Shown here piece after piece: positions 38,508-49,823 of a DNA stretch of 64,000 nt; within the stretch, counting starts at the first letter, position 1, and each line of letters starts with the position of its first letter. The notes below the pieces were generated by a model. The model searched no databases and was not told the origin of the DNA. It saw only the letters and a program-made list of their open reading frames with translations. The DNA comes from Azolla caroliniana (Eukaryota; Plantae; Polypodiophyta): positions 20,026,001 through 20,090,000 of the forward strand of contig JBHGNT010000014.1 in the NCBI GenBank assembly GCA_043228905.1, given 5' to 3'. The position numbers were made by a program, and so were the translations under genes.

Positions 38508-41177
38508 TCATTGTTCACCCAAATTGTCCAAAATACTTTGTTCCGGAGTTTCCAATTGTTCTTCCGGTTGTGGTTGTTGCGGCTGTGCTTGCTGCTGCTG
38601 CTGTGGTTGCGGTTGGGACTGAGACTGCTCCGCCTGCTCTATAGGCGGCTGCTCCGTTTGTTTCTTTGACTCCGGCATCCCCGTTTGACTGCTTCCGGTC
38701 CGGTCTCCTTCCAGTAACGGTTCCTCATCACTGAGGTTGACCGTAACCGGTTCTCGTGCTTTCTCTTCCCGGATCCGGGACCTCTCGTAGCTTTCAAACT
38801 GGATCTGCGCCTCCAGCCTGTCGTCGTCCAGCTGAGCTACAAGTTGCCGGACTTGCTCTAGTTGGTCCTCTGCCAAGGCTTGAAAGTCTTCGGCCAGCTC
38901 ATCTCTTATGCCGGTGAAGTCTTCGGAAGTCAGCATATAGCAATCATCTCCCTCCTTCCGCCGGTTCTCTACGTCAGTCCGGAGCAATTGGAGTTCCGCC
39001 GCGTTCGTGGCCCACTTGGTCCACCATTTGACGGAACCGTTGTCAATCAAGCTCTTGGTCTGGTTCAACCAGGCCCGCATGATATCCTGGATGCGACTTG
39101 CTCCCATTTGCGCTCTACTTTCCACAACTTGTCGTTCCTCCTTCAACTGCTTAATGAGATTAGCCGTATCCTCCGCCTGCTCTCTGTAGCGCGTCAGCTG
39201 CCCTTGATATGTTGTTTGCAGCCTCTGCAGTACCTCCGCCGCTCTTTCTTTTTCCGCCTGCTGTTGCCTGAGGAGCTCTGTCCGAACCTTCTCCGCCTCT
39301 TCCAACCGTCTTCTGGTTTCCGCTTGTTCCTTAGCGTATGCCGTTGCGGTCCGATCAACTGCTTGCCGGAGCTCATCCGTCCGTTCCTTGTGCTCCGTTT
39401 GCAACCGTTTATACTCCCGGTGCAAGTGCTCAAATTCCTCCGTTTTTTGTTTGAGCTTGCCGTTGATCTGGCGATGGTTCCGGTCCTCCCGGTCCTTTAG
39501 CTGCCGGAGTTCCTCTTTCAGGCGCTCTACTTCTGTTTCGGCGTTTCTCCGGAGCCTGTCCTTCTCTTGCAGCATTTTCTCCTTTTCCTCCTTGAGCCGG
39601 TCGTACGCTTGGTGGCCTTTTCGTAAGCTCTCCTCGGCCCGGCATAGATTCTCAGCAGTCTTTTTGAGTTCTGCCTCCGCTGCCGTCTTCAACTCTCTTT
39701 CGCGGCTCCTCAACGATTCTTGGGCAGCTAGCTCATCCTTTAAATCCGCAAGCTCTTGGGCTTGTGCTGCATTTCTCTCCGGAACGGTTTCCGTAGCCGG
39801 GGTCTGATTGCTATGTACAGGTTGATCTGACGCTTTATTCTGTACATTGCCCGGAGTCACCGGTGCTTGGACTTGTGTTGTCAAAGCCAATTGAGCCATT
39901 TCCCTTGTGACCCTGTCCAAGTCTTGTTCAAGGCTCCGGATTCTGGACCGGGCCGTCTCTAGATCTACGGTTGTGACGAGCAACCGTTCGTGGTGCGCTC
40001 TCTCCTCCGCCTCTATGTACTCGACCGCTCCGGTGATTTGCTCGCCTACCCACCGTAGCCACATGCTACTGGTGCCTTGCTGCTGTACTGGTCGTGTCGG
40101 CTCGTTCACTGTGGAATTGTCTGGCCTGAGTGCCTGTATCTGCCGTTCTGGTTCTACTCCTTGGCCGCCGTGTGTGCTGGCTGGGCTCGCCGGCTGTTGA
40201 GTTCCGGTTCTCGCCGTCTCCGGAGCCGTTGGAATGACTTCTTGTATAGAAGTCGACAAGGCCGGTTCTCTACGCACCGGTTCCGGTTCCTCCCTTGCGG
40301 TTTGCTCAGGTTGAGTTGGGGGCGTTTCTTCCTTTTGCGGATCCGAACGCTCCCCCGCTGTCCCGGCGGTCCTACTTCTTGACCGTCGTTGGAGGTGCTC
40401 TTCTGGCTCCTCCGTTTCCTCTTCCTGGGTAACGGCATGTTTCTGTGCCGTCAAGGGTTCCAGTTCCTTCTGTCCCGGTCGCCGTATGGTTATCTTAACG
40501 GGTCGGACCGGTGACACCTCCTCCGGTTCTGGGAGTCGTTTCTTCCCTTTCGTCGCCTTCGACGCCAGCAGCTGCTGTCGTTTAGACGCGGGTTTCGAGG
40601 TGCTTCCTTCCGATAATCTTGGCCGCTTCTTTGGCTGGACGGTCTCGACCGGCGGCACGAGCAATGTTATCCACTGAGCTACGGCAAACCACAGCTTCCG
40701 GCCCTCCTTGCCGTCCTTTCCTCGTACCATGTCGATTGCCGCGCACAAACCGTCTGCAATCAACACCGGCCAATCCACCTTGGTCCCTTCATAGGTGGCT
40801 ATGATCATCCCTGCCCGATTTTTTGGCATGACAGGGGGTCGGGGGTACACGTGGCCGTACTCATGGAGCACTCGAGCTATCTCCCTGAATAGCGGATCTT
40901 CGCCGCCCTGCGTTCGATAGCCTTTGCCGGCTAGAGAGTACTCACCGAAATATCGGATGAGTTGCTCCGAGGTTGGGTTATCGATCTGAAAGATACCTCC
41001 CTCCGGAAGGCCTGTTAGCGCACGGATCGCTTCCTCGATGATGACTTCCGTGTCGAGCTCCTTGATGACCCGGTCGGCTTCTTTGTGTGGTGGTGCCTCC
41101 ATGATGGTCAAGAACCCATCCAGTCCGTGTTGCCTGAGCCATTTCCTGGCCGCTTCCGACAGCGTTTGTGGGTCCAT
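38508..41177 (-). CDS. Extra ORF (env position) of the Gypsy: ~889 aa, N-terminal globular domain, NLS-like basic motifs, long coiled coil; function unknown
   Basis: Stop-free frame 38508-41477; likely start MDPQTL at 41177; E/K/R/Q/L heptad-rich region; no evident transmembrane helix or signal peptide. Confidence 0.85.
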   Translation of the reverse strand: MDPQTLSEAARKWLRQHGLDGFLTIMEAPPHKEADRVIKELDTEVIIEEAIRALTGLPEGGIFQIDNPTSEQLIRYFGEYSLAGKGYRTQGGEDPLFREIARVLHEYGHVYPRPPVMPKNRAGMIIATYEGTKVDWPVLIADGLCAAIDMVRGKDGKEGRKLWFAVAQWITLLVPPVETVQPKKRPRLSEGSTSKPASKRQQLLASKATKGKKRLPEPEEVSPVRPVKITIRRPGQKELEPLTAQKHAVTQEEETEEPEEHLQRRSRSRTAGTAGERSDPQKEETPPTQPEQTAREEPEPVRREPALSTSIQEVIPTAPETARTGTQQPASPASTHGGQGVEPERQIQALRPDNSTVNEPTRPVQQQGTSSMWLRWVGEQITGAVEYIEAEERAHHERLLVTTVDLETARSRIRSLEQDLDRVTREMAQLALTTQVQAPVTPGNVQNKASDQPVHSNQTPATETVPERNAAQAQELADLKDELAAQESLRSRERELKTAAEAELKKTAENLCRAEESLRKGHQAYDRLKEEKEKMLQEKDRLRRNAETEVERLKEELRQLKDREDRNHRQINGKLKQKTEEFEHLHREYKRLQTEHKERTDELRQAVDRTATAYAKEQAETRRRLEEAEKVRTELLRQQQAEKERAAEVLQRLQTTYQGQLTRYREQAEDTANLIKQLKEERQVVESRAQMGASRIQDIMRAWLNQTKSLIDNGSVKWWTKWATNAAELQLLRTDVENRRKEGDDCYMLTSEDFTGIRDELAEDFQALAEDQLEQVRQLVAQLDDDRLEAQIQFESYERSRIREEKAREPVTVNLSDEEPLLEGDRTGSSQTGMPESKKQTEQPPIEQAEQSQSQPQPQQQQQAQPQQPQPEEQLETPEQSILDNLGEQ

Positions 41178-41567
41178 GTCTGCTTCGAGGTCGAGGAAAG
41201 ATGGCGAGGTAGAGTGGTGATGAGAGTGAGAGCGAGAGAGAGAGAGTTCCGAACGTGGGGGTTCTCTGAGTGCAAGTTCGCGTTTGCTAAGCTTCCACTG
41301 CCTTGGTGCTTCTGTGCTTCTTGGCTCGCGAAATGAAAAGCTCTCCATGCGTTCTGCTTTTTCTCTGTGCGTCTTGGCGCCTTTTCCGAGCATGCACACG
41401 TCGTGTACCATTTTAGTATTAAGTAGCGTGGCGGCTCTTAAATGCCCACTTCGTACCTTTTCGCTCCTTGCTTTCACGTCCGTTCATACCTCGATTTTTA
41501 ATGATTTCTCTTTCTCTTTTTTTTTTCTTTTTTTTTTCTTTTTTTCTTTTTATGACGGTATGTGATC

Positions 41568-44500
41568 TTACACATCCGTAGGTCCCTTCGGACCCTTACC
41601 GTTTTCCTTACGGGTTGCCGTGTCTTCCTTTGCCTCTGCTATGGGTTCCCCGTCGTCTTTTTCTTCCATCCGTACCGTTCCCGGACAGGTTCCCGGTATA
41701 GTGCCGGTGGGCTGCATAAACGGGTTACTTGGCATCGGTCCTTTATAGGGCTTTAGTCTAAATCCGTTGACCCACTTGCCTAGCACTTCACCGGCAAGTG
41801 TCCCTAACTGATAGGACCCGTTGTATTCCCGTGTCAGCCAATATGGGCCTGTCCATCTAAACCAGAGTTTACCCGGCATCTTGCCCATCCTCGTTTGGAA
41901 TACTAGCACCGGCTTCCCGATTTCGAACATCTTCTCATTACCTTTCCGGTGACGGTCAACGAACGCTTTCCGTCGTCGTTGCTCCAGTTCCATGTGTAGG
42001 ATGCTGGCCAGCCGTTGCTCCTCCAGTTCGCATAGTGCTGCTAGCCGCATTTCCTCCGACTCCTTTTCATTCAGCCGTTCCCGTAGTTGGATCCGTAAGC
42101 TTGGTACCTGAAATTCCACCGGCATGACCGCCTCTAAGCCGAACGCTAACCGGAACGGCGTTGTCCGGATACTTGTTTTGTATGCCGTTCGGTACGCCCA
42201 TAGCGCGCTATGGAGCTTTGTATCCCAGTCCGTCTGGTTTTCATTGACGATTTTGCGGAGAATGTTCTGCAGCGTTTTGTTGGTGGACTCTGCTAACCCG
42301 TTCGCTTGTGGGTAGTAGTACAGTGTGCTCCGTTTATGGACCACGGCATAGAACGTTGTTAAGCTTTCAACTACCTGGCCGAGGAAGTGCCCTCCTTGGT
42401 CGCTGATTAATTCAATCGGACATCCATATCGGCCCCAAATGTTCTCGTACAGGAATTTTGCTGTGGATGACGCGGTATTGTCTCTCAAGGCCTTAGCCTC
42501 CACCCATTTAGTGCAATAATCTGTTGCCACGATGACATAACGATTACCCGTTCTCATTGCCGGTGGCTTGAACGGTCCGACAAAATCCAACCCCCACTTC
42601 TGGAATGGCTCTAGTGGAAGTACCGGTTGGTGTGGCATCCGTGCTTGCTCCGTAGGCTGGCCCATTCGTTGGCATAGGTCACATTCCTTAGCGTACTTGA
42701 CGGTGTCTTTTAACGTCGTGGGCCACCATAAGCCGCTCTGCCATACTTTCCTTGCTGTCGCTTCCCCGGCATAGTGTCCTCCGGCAACCCCACAGTGTGC
42801 TTCCCTTAAGATTACTTGTTTCTCGTCACTACGGACTGCCCGTCTCCATATTCCATCTGCTCCCTTGTGGTAGAGAGTGTCCCGTAACAGACAGAAATTG
42901 CGGCTCTGCACCGCCAGTCGTTTCCTCTCATCCCGGTTCATTTCCTCCGGTGGCAGGCCCGTGCTTAGGAACTGGTGCATGTTTGTCAGCCACCTATCTT
43001 CTGATGCCACCGTGTCGTCCGCTGCCGTTTCCGGGGTGATACGGAATAACTCTGCGTCCGGGAATTCATCCGATACTCCGTCGCCTGATTCTCCGGACTC
43101 TAACCGGCTCAGGTAGTCTGCTACGGCATGTTGGATACCGGGCCGGTGGAAGATCTCGAATTCGAACTCCTGCAACAGCAAGGTCCAACGGGCCAACTTA
43201 CCGGTCAGGGACGCCTTGGACACTAAGTACAAGAGCGCCGAGTGATCCACATGAAAGGAGAACTTCCTTCCCAATAGGTAATGACGAAACTTTGTGACAT
43301 TGTAGATCATGCCCAGGGCCTCCCGTTCCGTCGTCGAATAGTTCTTCTCCGCTTGGGACAGCTTCCGGCTGGCGTAATATACCGGCCGGTACCATTTAGG
43401 CTCCGTAAGTTGCATTAAGGCGCTGCCGATAGCGATGTCGGAAGCGTCAACGAACACATGAAATTCCTTGCTCCAATCCGGAGGCTGCACGACGGGTGCT
43501 TGCGACAAAAGAACCTTCAGGGCATTGTATGCCGTATCCTCTGTATCCGTCCATTGGAACGATGTCCGATGTACCGCGGTGTGTAATGGTGTAGCCAAGT
43601 CAGCCAAGTGACGGAGCATCCGGCTGTGCCACTGGATCTGTCCTAAGAATCGGCTTAGTGCTTTGGCCGTTTTCGGCGCCGGTGCCCCTAGTATCGCGTT
43701 TACTTTGTCCGGGTCGACCGCAATGCCCTCCTTACTTACAATGTGTCCCAGTAAGATTCCACTTGAAACCCCAAAGGTGCATTTTGCTGGGTTTAAGCTT
43801 AGCCGGTATAACCTACACTTTTCAAGGCATAACCGTAGGTGCTGCAAATGGTCTTTTTCCCGGCTATAGACTGCAAAGTCATCCAGGAAAACCTGCATGA
43901 AGGCAGGAATGTATTCGCCGAAGATCTCCATGATGATTCGCTGGAAAGTTGTTGGTGCCGTTTTTAGTCCGAACATCATTACTACGGCCACAAACACCCC
44001 CCATTCGGTGACGAACGTTGTCTTCTCCTGGTCGTCAGGGTGCATCCGGATTTGATTGTATCCGCTGAACCCGTCTAAAAAGCTATAAACTTCATGGCCG
44101 GCGACGACATCCAGTACTCCATCCGTAAACGGAAGAGGGAATGCATCCGTAATTGTGGCTGCATTTAGTTTCCTGTAATCTACACACACACGGATTTTAC
44201 TGTTCTTCTTTGGTACGACGACGATGGGGCTCAGCCACGTCGCTTTCTTTACCAGCCGGATGAAGCCCACTCTTAGGAGTTTGTCGATTTCCTCCTTCAC
44301 TTTGGCGGCGTAGTTGGGGTTCATTCGGTAACGTCTTTGCGCCACTGGTTTCGCGTCCTTGCCTAAGTGGATCTGATGCTGATATAATTGAGGGTCCAGC
44401 CCTCGCATGTCTTCGTATGACCAGGCGAATACGTCGCGAAACTCCGTGAGAAGTTTGATCATCGCCGCTTTATCTTCGGGCTTCATTTCTTTGGCGATGT

Positions 44501-47453
44501 GTACCGGCTTTGATTCGTCCTTGCTTCCTAAGTTCACTTCGTCGAGCTGGGATGTTTTTACCCGTTGGGAAACGACCATTTCCCGTTCCAACGCTTCCTG
44601 TGCTTGCCGTAATTCCCGAATCGAATCTTTGTCTGGTTCGGCTTCGGTTTCATCCCGCTGCGGCAAGTATGGCGCTACGGCTTCAACTACGTCAATCTCG
44701 AAGAGTGGTATGATCTTCGGGTGTTCCTCCAAGTACTGGGCTTCTTCGTCGTCTGCCAACCCTTCAAGCATATTCACGCATTCCGCATACATCGGTGTGC
44801 ATTCCTTACCGTTGCTCGTCCGTGGTTGTGTCGGTACCCGGACCTTGGCTTTTCCGCGCCGGAAGGTAATCATATTTTTCCGCCAATTTTGCTTGATGTG
44901 TGCTGTTTTCAACCATGGTCTGCCCAGCAATAGTGGGTACGCGCCTTGCGCCTGTAGCTGCAGCACTACAACCGAGATGTGAAATGTGTGACCTCCTATG
45001 GTGACTTCCAATTCCCATATTAAGCCCGTCGGCCGTACAGAGCTCGTATCCGCCATCCGTAGCCAGAACGGACATGGCTCCCATTCATGTATACCCAAGG
45101 CATCACACGTGTGGAGGCTTATTACGTTCACCCCGGAACCTCCATCGATTACTGTGCCGGGAAGTTCGTGCCCTTTGACAATAGCTGTAATCACCGGACT
45201 ACTAGTGTCCACCACCGTCGGTCCCTCCTCCGGATTCGAGAAGAGGACTGGTGCCGGTGGGGCTATACCGTCTGTCATGACCGTTTTTAGTCCTTCCGTA
45301 AATCGCGGCACGAGCTGCAAGAATCTTCCTAATGGCAACGTGATCTGACATTCTTGCAGTGCTTACCATGTCTCGTTTTCTTGGTGGCTACCGCCGGCAC
45401 TCCCTATGGTATTCGCCTTTTGCCGTTCCGCGTCCGCGACGTTCCTTTCATTGGCTTCCTTCACCCATTCCGTCGCCTGTTTTCGTATGGCCTCTTGTGT
45501 TTCCCACTCTTTGGCCATGCCTTTCGACCGTGTGGTTACTTGCTGTACATCCGCCACTTCCGGAACCACCATATTAACTGCTGGTCGTTTATCGTAGCTC
45601 TTTGCCGGGCACTGGTTACTGTAGTGGCCTTCCTGCCTGCAGTAATAGCAGTACTCTTTACGGGTATTGCTGGATTCAGCATTGCTGGTATCCGGAGTCG
45701 GTCCCGTAGTGAGTGGTGCGTTCTGTGCCGGTTGGCTCCTTGGGGTTCCATGTTCCGGGTCCCTAGTGTGACCACCTTTCTTGAAATTACGTTTCTTATT
45801 ATTCTTATTTTTATTTCGGTAGTCCGGTCGTGGTGGATCGTAAAATCGGCCGTAGTCCTCCTGGTGCCTTCGGTAACCAGGGGAATGGTCTCTGTCGTAT
45901 TGCTCGTGTCGTCTGTTGGACTCCCGATAACGGTCCGATCGCTCATACCGGTCGTAGTTATCATGCCGGTCCCCGTACCGGCCATCATTCTCTTGTCTGT
46001 CTCCGTACCGGACATCCTGTGCCGGTCGGTACCGGTTCATTCTTTGCCAACGATCGTCATCTTCGTCTCGGCTGCTTCTTGGCTCGATCCGTCGGACGAG
46101 TGGTGCTTATCGATTTAACAGGTTATACTCGCACCGGTCCGTTGTATGACTCTTGGATTGACAAATCACACACTGAGTTCGCATGGTGCACTCCACTGCC
46201 GAGTGTCCGGCATTCAAGCAGATTGTGCATTGAATTGCCTGCCGGAACCGGAGATCTTCATCGGTGGGTAACGCCCGTTGCAGTGTTCCCAGTGTAAGCC
46301 ATGAGCTTGACTTTTCCATTTCTCTGACCCGGTCAATGACCTGGTCAATGGTGCTTCCTCGAAAGTCGATTACCGTACACACCGTGCGTAACGGTTCCCT
46401 GAGTGCGTTTAAAAATATCGTCCGTAATTCCTCCTCCGGGGGTGCACGGGCAAGCTGGCTATGCATTCGTTGGAAACGGATGACGAATTGGGGAATGCTT
46501 TCCCCTGCCTCCTGTCGGATCGTATAAAACAGGCCCACCATTGTCGTCTCGTCGACCTCCTTGTGGAAAAAATGCAAGAATTTTGCTTTTAATTCTGCAA
46601 AAGTTGTGATGGTCGCCGGGTCCTGCGTCCGCCGCCATCGTGTCGCTGGTCCTTCCAACGTGACCCCGAATTCCGCTATCTTCGAGCGTTCTTCTTCCTC
46701 CGGTGTCATTCGCTGGGACGTGTGATTTGCTTCCCATGTCTGCTCGAAGGCATGAACATGCGCTTCCGCGTCCGGATCATCGCAATACTTTGAGTATTGG
46801 AATGGCATGTCGTCGTCCAGTATTAGGCCGCGGTTTAGTGGCGTTTGTTGATATCTTTCCGGTTTTCTCTCCGGTTCTACTTCCGGTTCTTTTGCCGGTG
46901 CTTTTTCCGGTTCCTCTTCCGATTCTTTTTCCGGTTCCTTCACCGGCTCTTCTTCCGGTACCTTCACCGGCTCTTTCGTTGGTGTCGGTGGCTTTGCTTC
47001 TTCCACTTCCGGTGTTGGTGGGTTGACGGCTTCCGTTTGCGGTTCCGGATAGCCCTGGTCGAACGGTTCCGGTTCTGGAGTCGGCACGGTATCCGACCCG
47101 TCGTCCTCCGGGCCGCCGAGGGTATCGTTGCTGCTCCGGTAGTTCGTGTGCACGCTGTATCCCCCTTCGGAATCCGATTCGTAGGCTGAAAAGGCTTCTG
47201 CCTCGTTTTCTCCGCTTGCCAGCGCCTCGAGGAGGCGTTCGGTTTCCCGGAGACTACTTAGACCGCGTCCGTCGTCTTGGTCGCGAGTTTGCTGTAACCG
47301 AAGAGATTCCTCCACGACTCTCCGGATCTCGTTGGAGAACGAACGATCCGAGCGAATTTCTTGCGCTGCTTGCTGGAAAGTCTCACGCCGGCTTTGCCGT
47401 TCGGCGAGGCGTCGAGCTCGGTCTGTAACCAGGTCGTGCGTTGGTCTCGTCAT
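41568..47453 (-). CDS. gag-pol: Gag-Pol in a single reading frame, interrupted by two in-frame TAA codons (46107-46109, 45363-45365)
   Basis: ORFs 46107-47453, 45363-46040 and 41568-45338 share one frame; three CX2CX4HX4C knuckles; protease VIDGGSG; RT LDGFSGYNQ, FGLK, FLDD; RNase H VDAS..VDHS..ADYLSR; integrase HHCC, WGLDF..SDQG..NGLAE, GPY. Confidence 0.92.
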
Positions 47454-48610
47454 CCATTAAGCCGTCGTTCGCTGCGAGAAAGCAGGAATCGTGGTCACCA
47501 AAACTGTGTTATTCTCTGACCGGACAAGGCCTAACACAAGGTGTCACGGAGACACCTCACCAAAGGGTGATTACGGCATAGGATTAAGACTCAACGATTA
47601 CACCGACTTACGTAGGTTACACGATTAAAGCGCTTTTGTTAATTACACGCGTAAGATATAACAGTAAGTACAGAACGGAAATCAACACAGAAGTATAAAC
47701 ACCATACGCTCTATTAATTATCCGCTGCGATTACAATGGGGTCTGGGCCTTTAAATAGGTTTCTGGCCCGTAGTACAAAACGGTGCCTATCGCACCTATT
47801 CGGGATCCGTCCGGATCTGGAACGGCATACCGTTTCCAGTCCGTCCGTCCACACTATGCTTATTTACAACCATACTTAATTAATTTCTTCACTCCGTATT
47901 TTGGACTCCTTGCCGGCCGGTAACACAACTTAAATACCACATGTTTCTTTCTTATAATATATCAGCATCTACATAGATGTTGTACATAGAGACATATGCA
48001 ATCACATGTGATTCATCCAGACTCATTGTTTCTTTAAAAGCTTGCTTTCCAAGCTCTACATTTCCAGAGTTTCGACAAGCACCTAATAGTCAGCCACATC
48101 ACGGTATTGAGATGGGATGGTGTTTACTTCACTAATTCTACTGCTTCATCCAACTGGCCTACACGGCTAAACAGATCAACCATGCAAATTTAATGCCCAA
48201 CCAATGGATGAATTCCATAATTTCCAGTCATGGCTTCACAATATGTGTGACCTTTATCTACCATGCCTGTATGACTACAAGCATTGAGCACAACAAGAAA
48301 TATGACCGGATTTGGTAAAACTCCATTTCTTCTCATCTGGTCAAATATAGAGAAAACATTTTCAATTTCTCCAACTTGAACATATCCTGTAATTAGAACA
48401 TTCCATGAGACTATATTTCGAGTTGGAAGCACATCAAATTCTTCATGTGCTTTCTCTAAGACTCCGCACTTAGCATATAGATCAACCAATGCATTGACAA
48501 CAACCTGGTTTCTCTTCGACATGCCCATCTCCTCAATTTTTGCATGAATTTCTTTGCCCTTTTCTATTGCTCCAATGTTGGCACAAGCTTTTAGCCAATC
48601 TCATTTGCTC

Positions 48611-49823
48611 TTTTTTTTTCCCAAAAAAAGATACTACATTAGTATTAGAAAACGCCATAAGGCTAAACATACAAGATATACCATCAATCCCCTATGTTTT
48701 TCTAAATTCTAACCATCAACTTAAATAAACACTTTGGTGTTGAGTAGAACCACTCCACCTTATCAAAACGTCGTCTATAAAATATACCTATGTCCCAAAT
48801 GGCATGAAACTCCACACGCCTAAGCTCCACTTGATGCGTATTACCTTTTATACTATCCAAAATCCCTCTAAGATTATGCACAATCTCTATCCAAATTCCC
48901 GAAATTATTTGGGCAGGTCTTTCAGTCACATTTTGAAATACCTTCAAACATCGAGCCTTCCAAATATACCAAATTGTAATACTACTTACCAATTGCCATA
49001 TTTGAGGTTTATCGGTTTGTATTTGTGGATTCAAAGGGGTCAAAATTTTTTCCATCAAACCATGTCTCATCGTAATAGCATTTGCAACCTCCTCCTATTC
49101 ATATACCATCGGTTTATCATGTACCACTACCCATAATACTGCTCTAGGATATATTGGAGTTAATAATTTTATGATTTGTTTCCATATGTCCAGAGCAAAA
49201 CCACAACGCCACAAACAATGTTTAGCAGTCTCTATTACATCTATACAGAAAGGGCACATCTTGTCTACATTTCCTTTTCGCCACCCATTAACTAGTATAG
49301 CATTATGAACCAACAACCATCGAAAACAAACAATTTTCCTACTCATCTTTATACCCCATAACCATTTCCAAAATTGTTTAAGATGTTGTGGAGAAAGTTC
49401 ATTTTGTCTCCAAACAACATTTGCAGTTGGTTCTTTCCATGATCTAGCACCTAATATTTTCCTACCAATCTTCACAGAATACTGAAAGAACGACATGTAT
49501 TTGATGTTATCTTGCACCCACACCTTCCAATACAGTTCTCCAGGATCCCAAGTTAATGTAGATATTGGTCTCCTTTCTAATATCCAGATCCTCCAAAAAA
49601 AATTCACCTTTTGAGGATCCGGATCTAAGACCCAATTTGATCCATCATTTGCAATCACCCTACTTCTTTATGTAAACAAAACCTAAACAAATCATTTTCC
49701 ATAGGTGTAAAGATTAACCTACCATCATCTTGTACATTAAAACTCATACACTCTTGTTTCCCAATATAGGCTTTAACTCCAATTAAAACATCCAATGGAG
49801 TAAATAAACTCATCCAATTAAAA
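48611..49823 (-). mobile_element. 5'-truncated L1 fragment (1.2 kb) inserted in the host L1
   Basis: LTWDPGELYW, FWKWLW..FRWLLVH..CPFC..ETAKHCLWRC, WYIWKARC; poly(A) as T-run 48611-48619; TSD CAATCTCATTTGCT (48596-48609, 49824-49837). Confidence 0.9.

Larger units (their letters stand above)
38037..47925 (-). mobile_element. Young Ty3/Gypsy LTR retrotransposon, non-chromovirus type, with extra 3' ORF
   Basis: 419-bp LTRs 38037-38455 and 47507-47925 (4 substitutions seen), TGTTA...TAACA, 5-bp TSD CAACT (38032-38036, 47926-47930), PBS-like TGGTGACCACG at 47490-47500; no chromodomain or extra RNase H seen. Confidence 0.96.
37905..48593 (-). pseudogene. 5'-truncated processed retrocopy of a PLS-class PPR (E-domain) gene; coding remnant 47952-48593, 3' UTR split by the Gypsy insertion, poly(A) at ~37905-37911
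   Basis: KACANIGAIEKGKEIH, NALVDLYAKCG, VSWNVLITGY, VLNACSHTGMVDKG, CMVDLFSR.G, LLGACRNSGNVELGKQAF..AYVSMYNIY; in-frame stops and a frameshift; flanked by TSD GCCAATCTCATTTG (37888-37901, 48594-48607). Confidence 0.85.
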
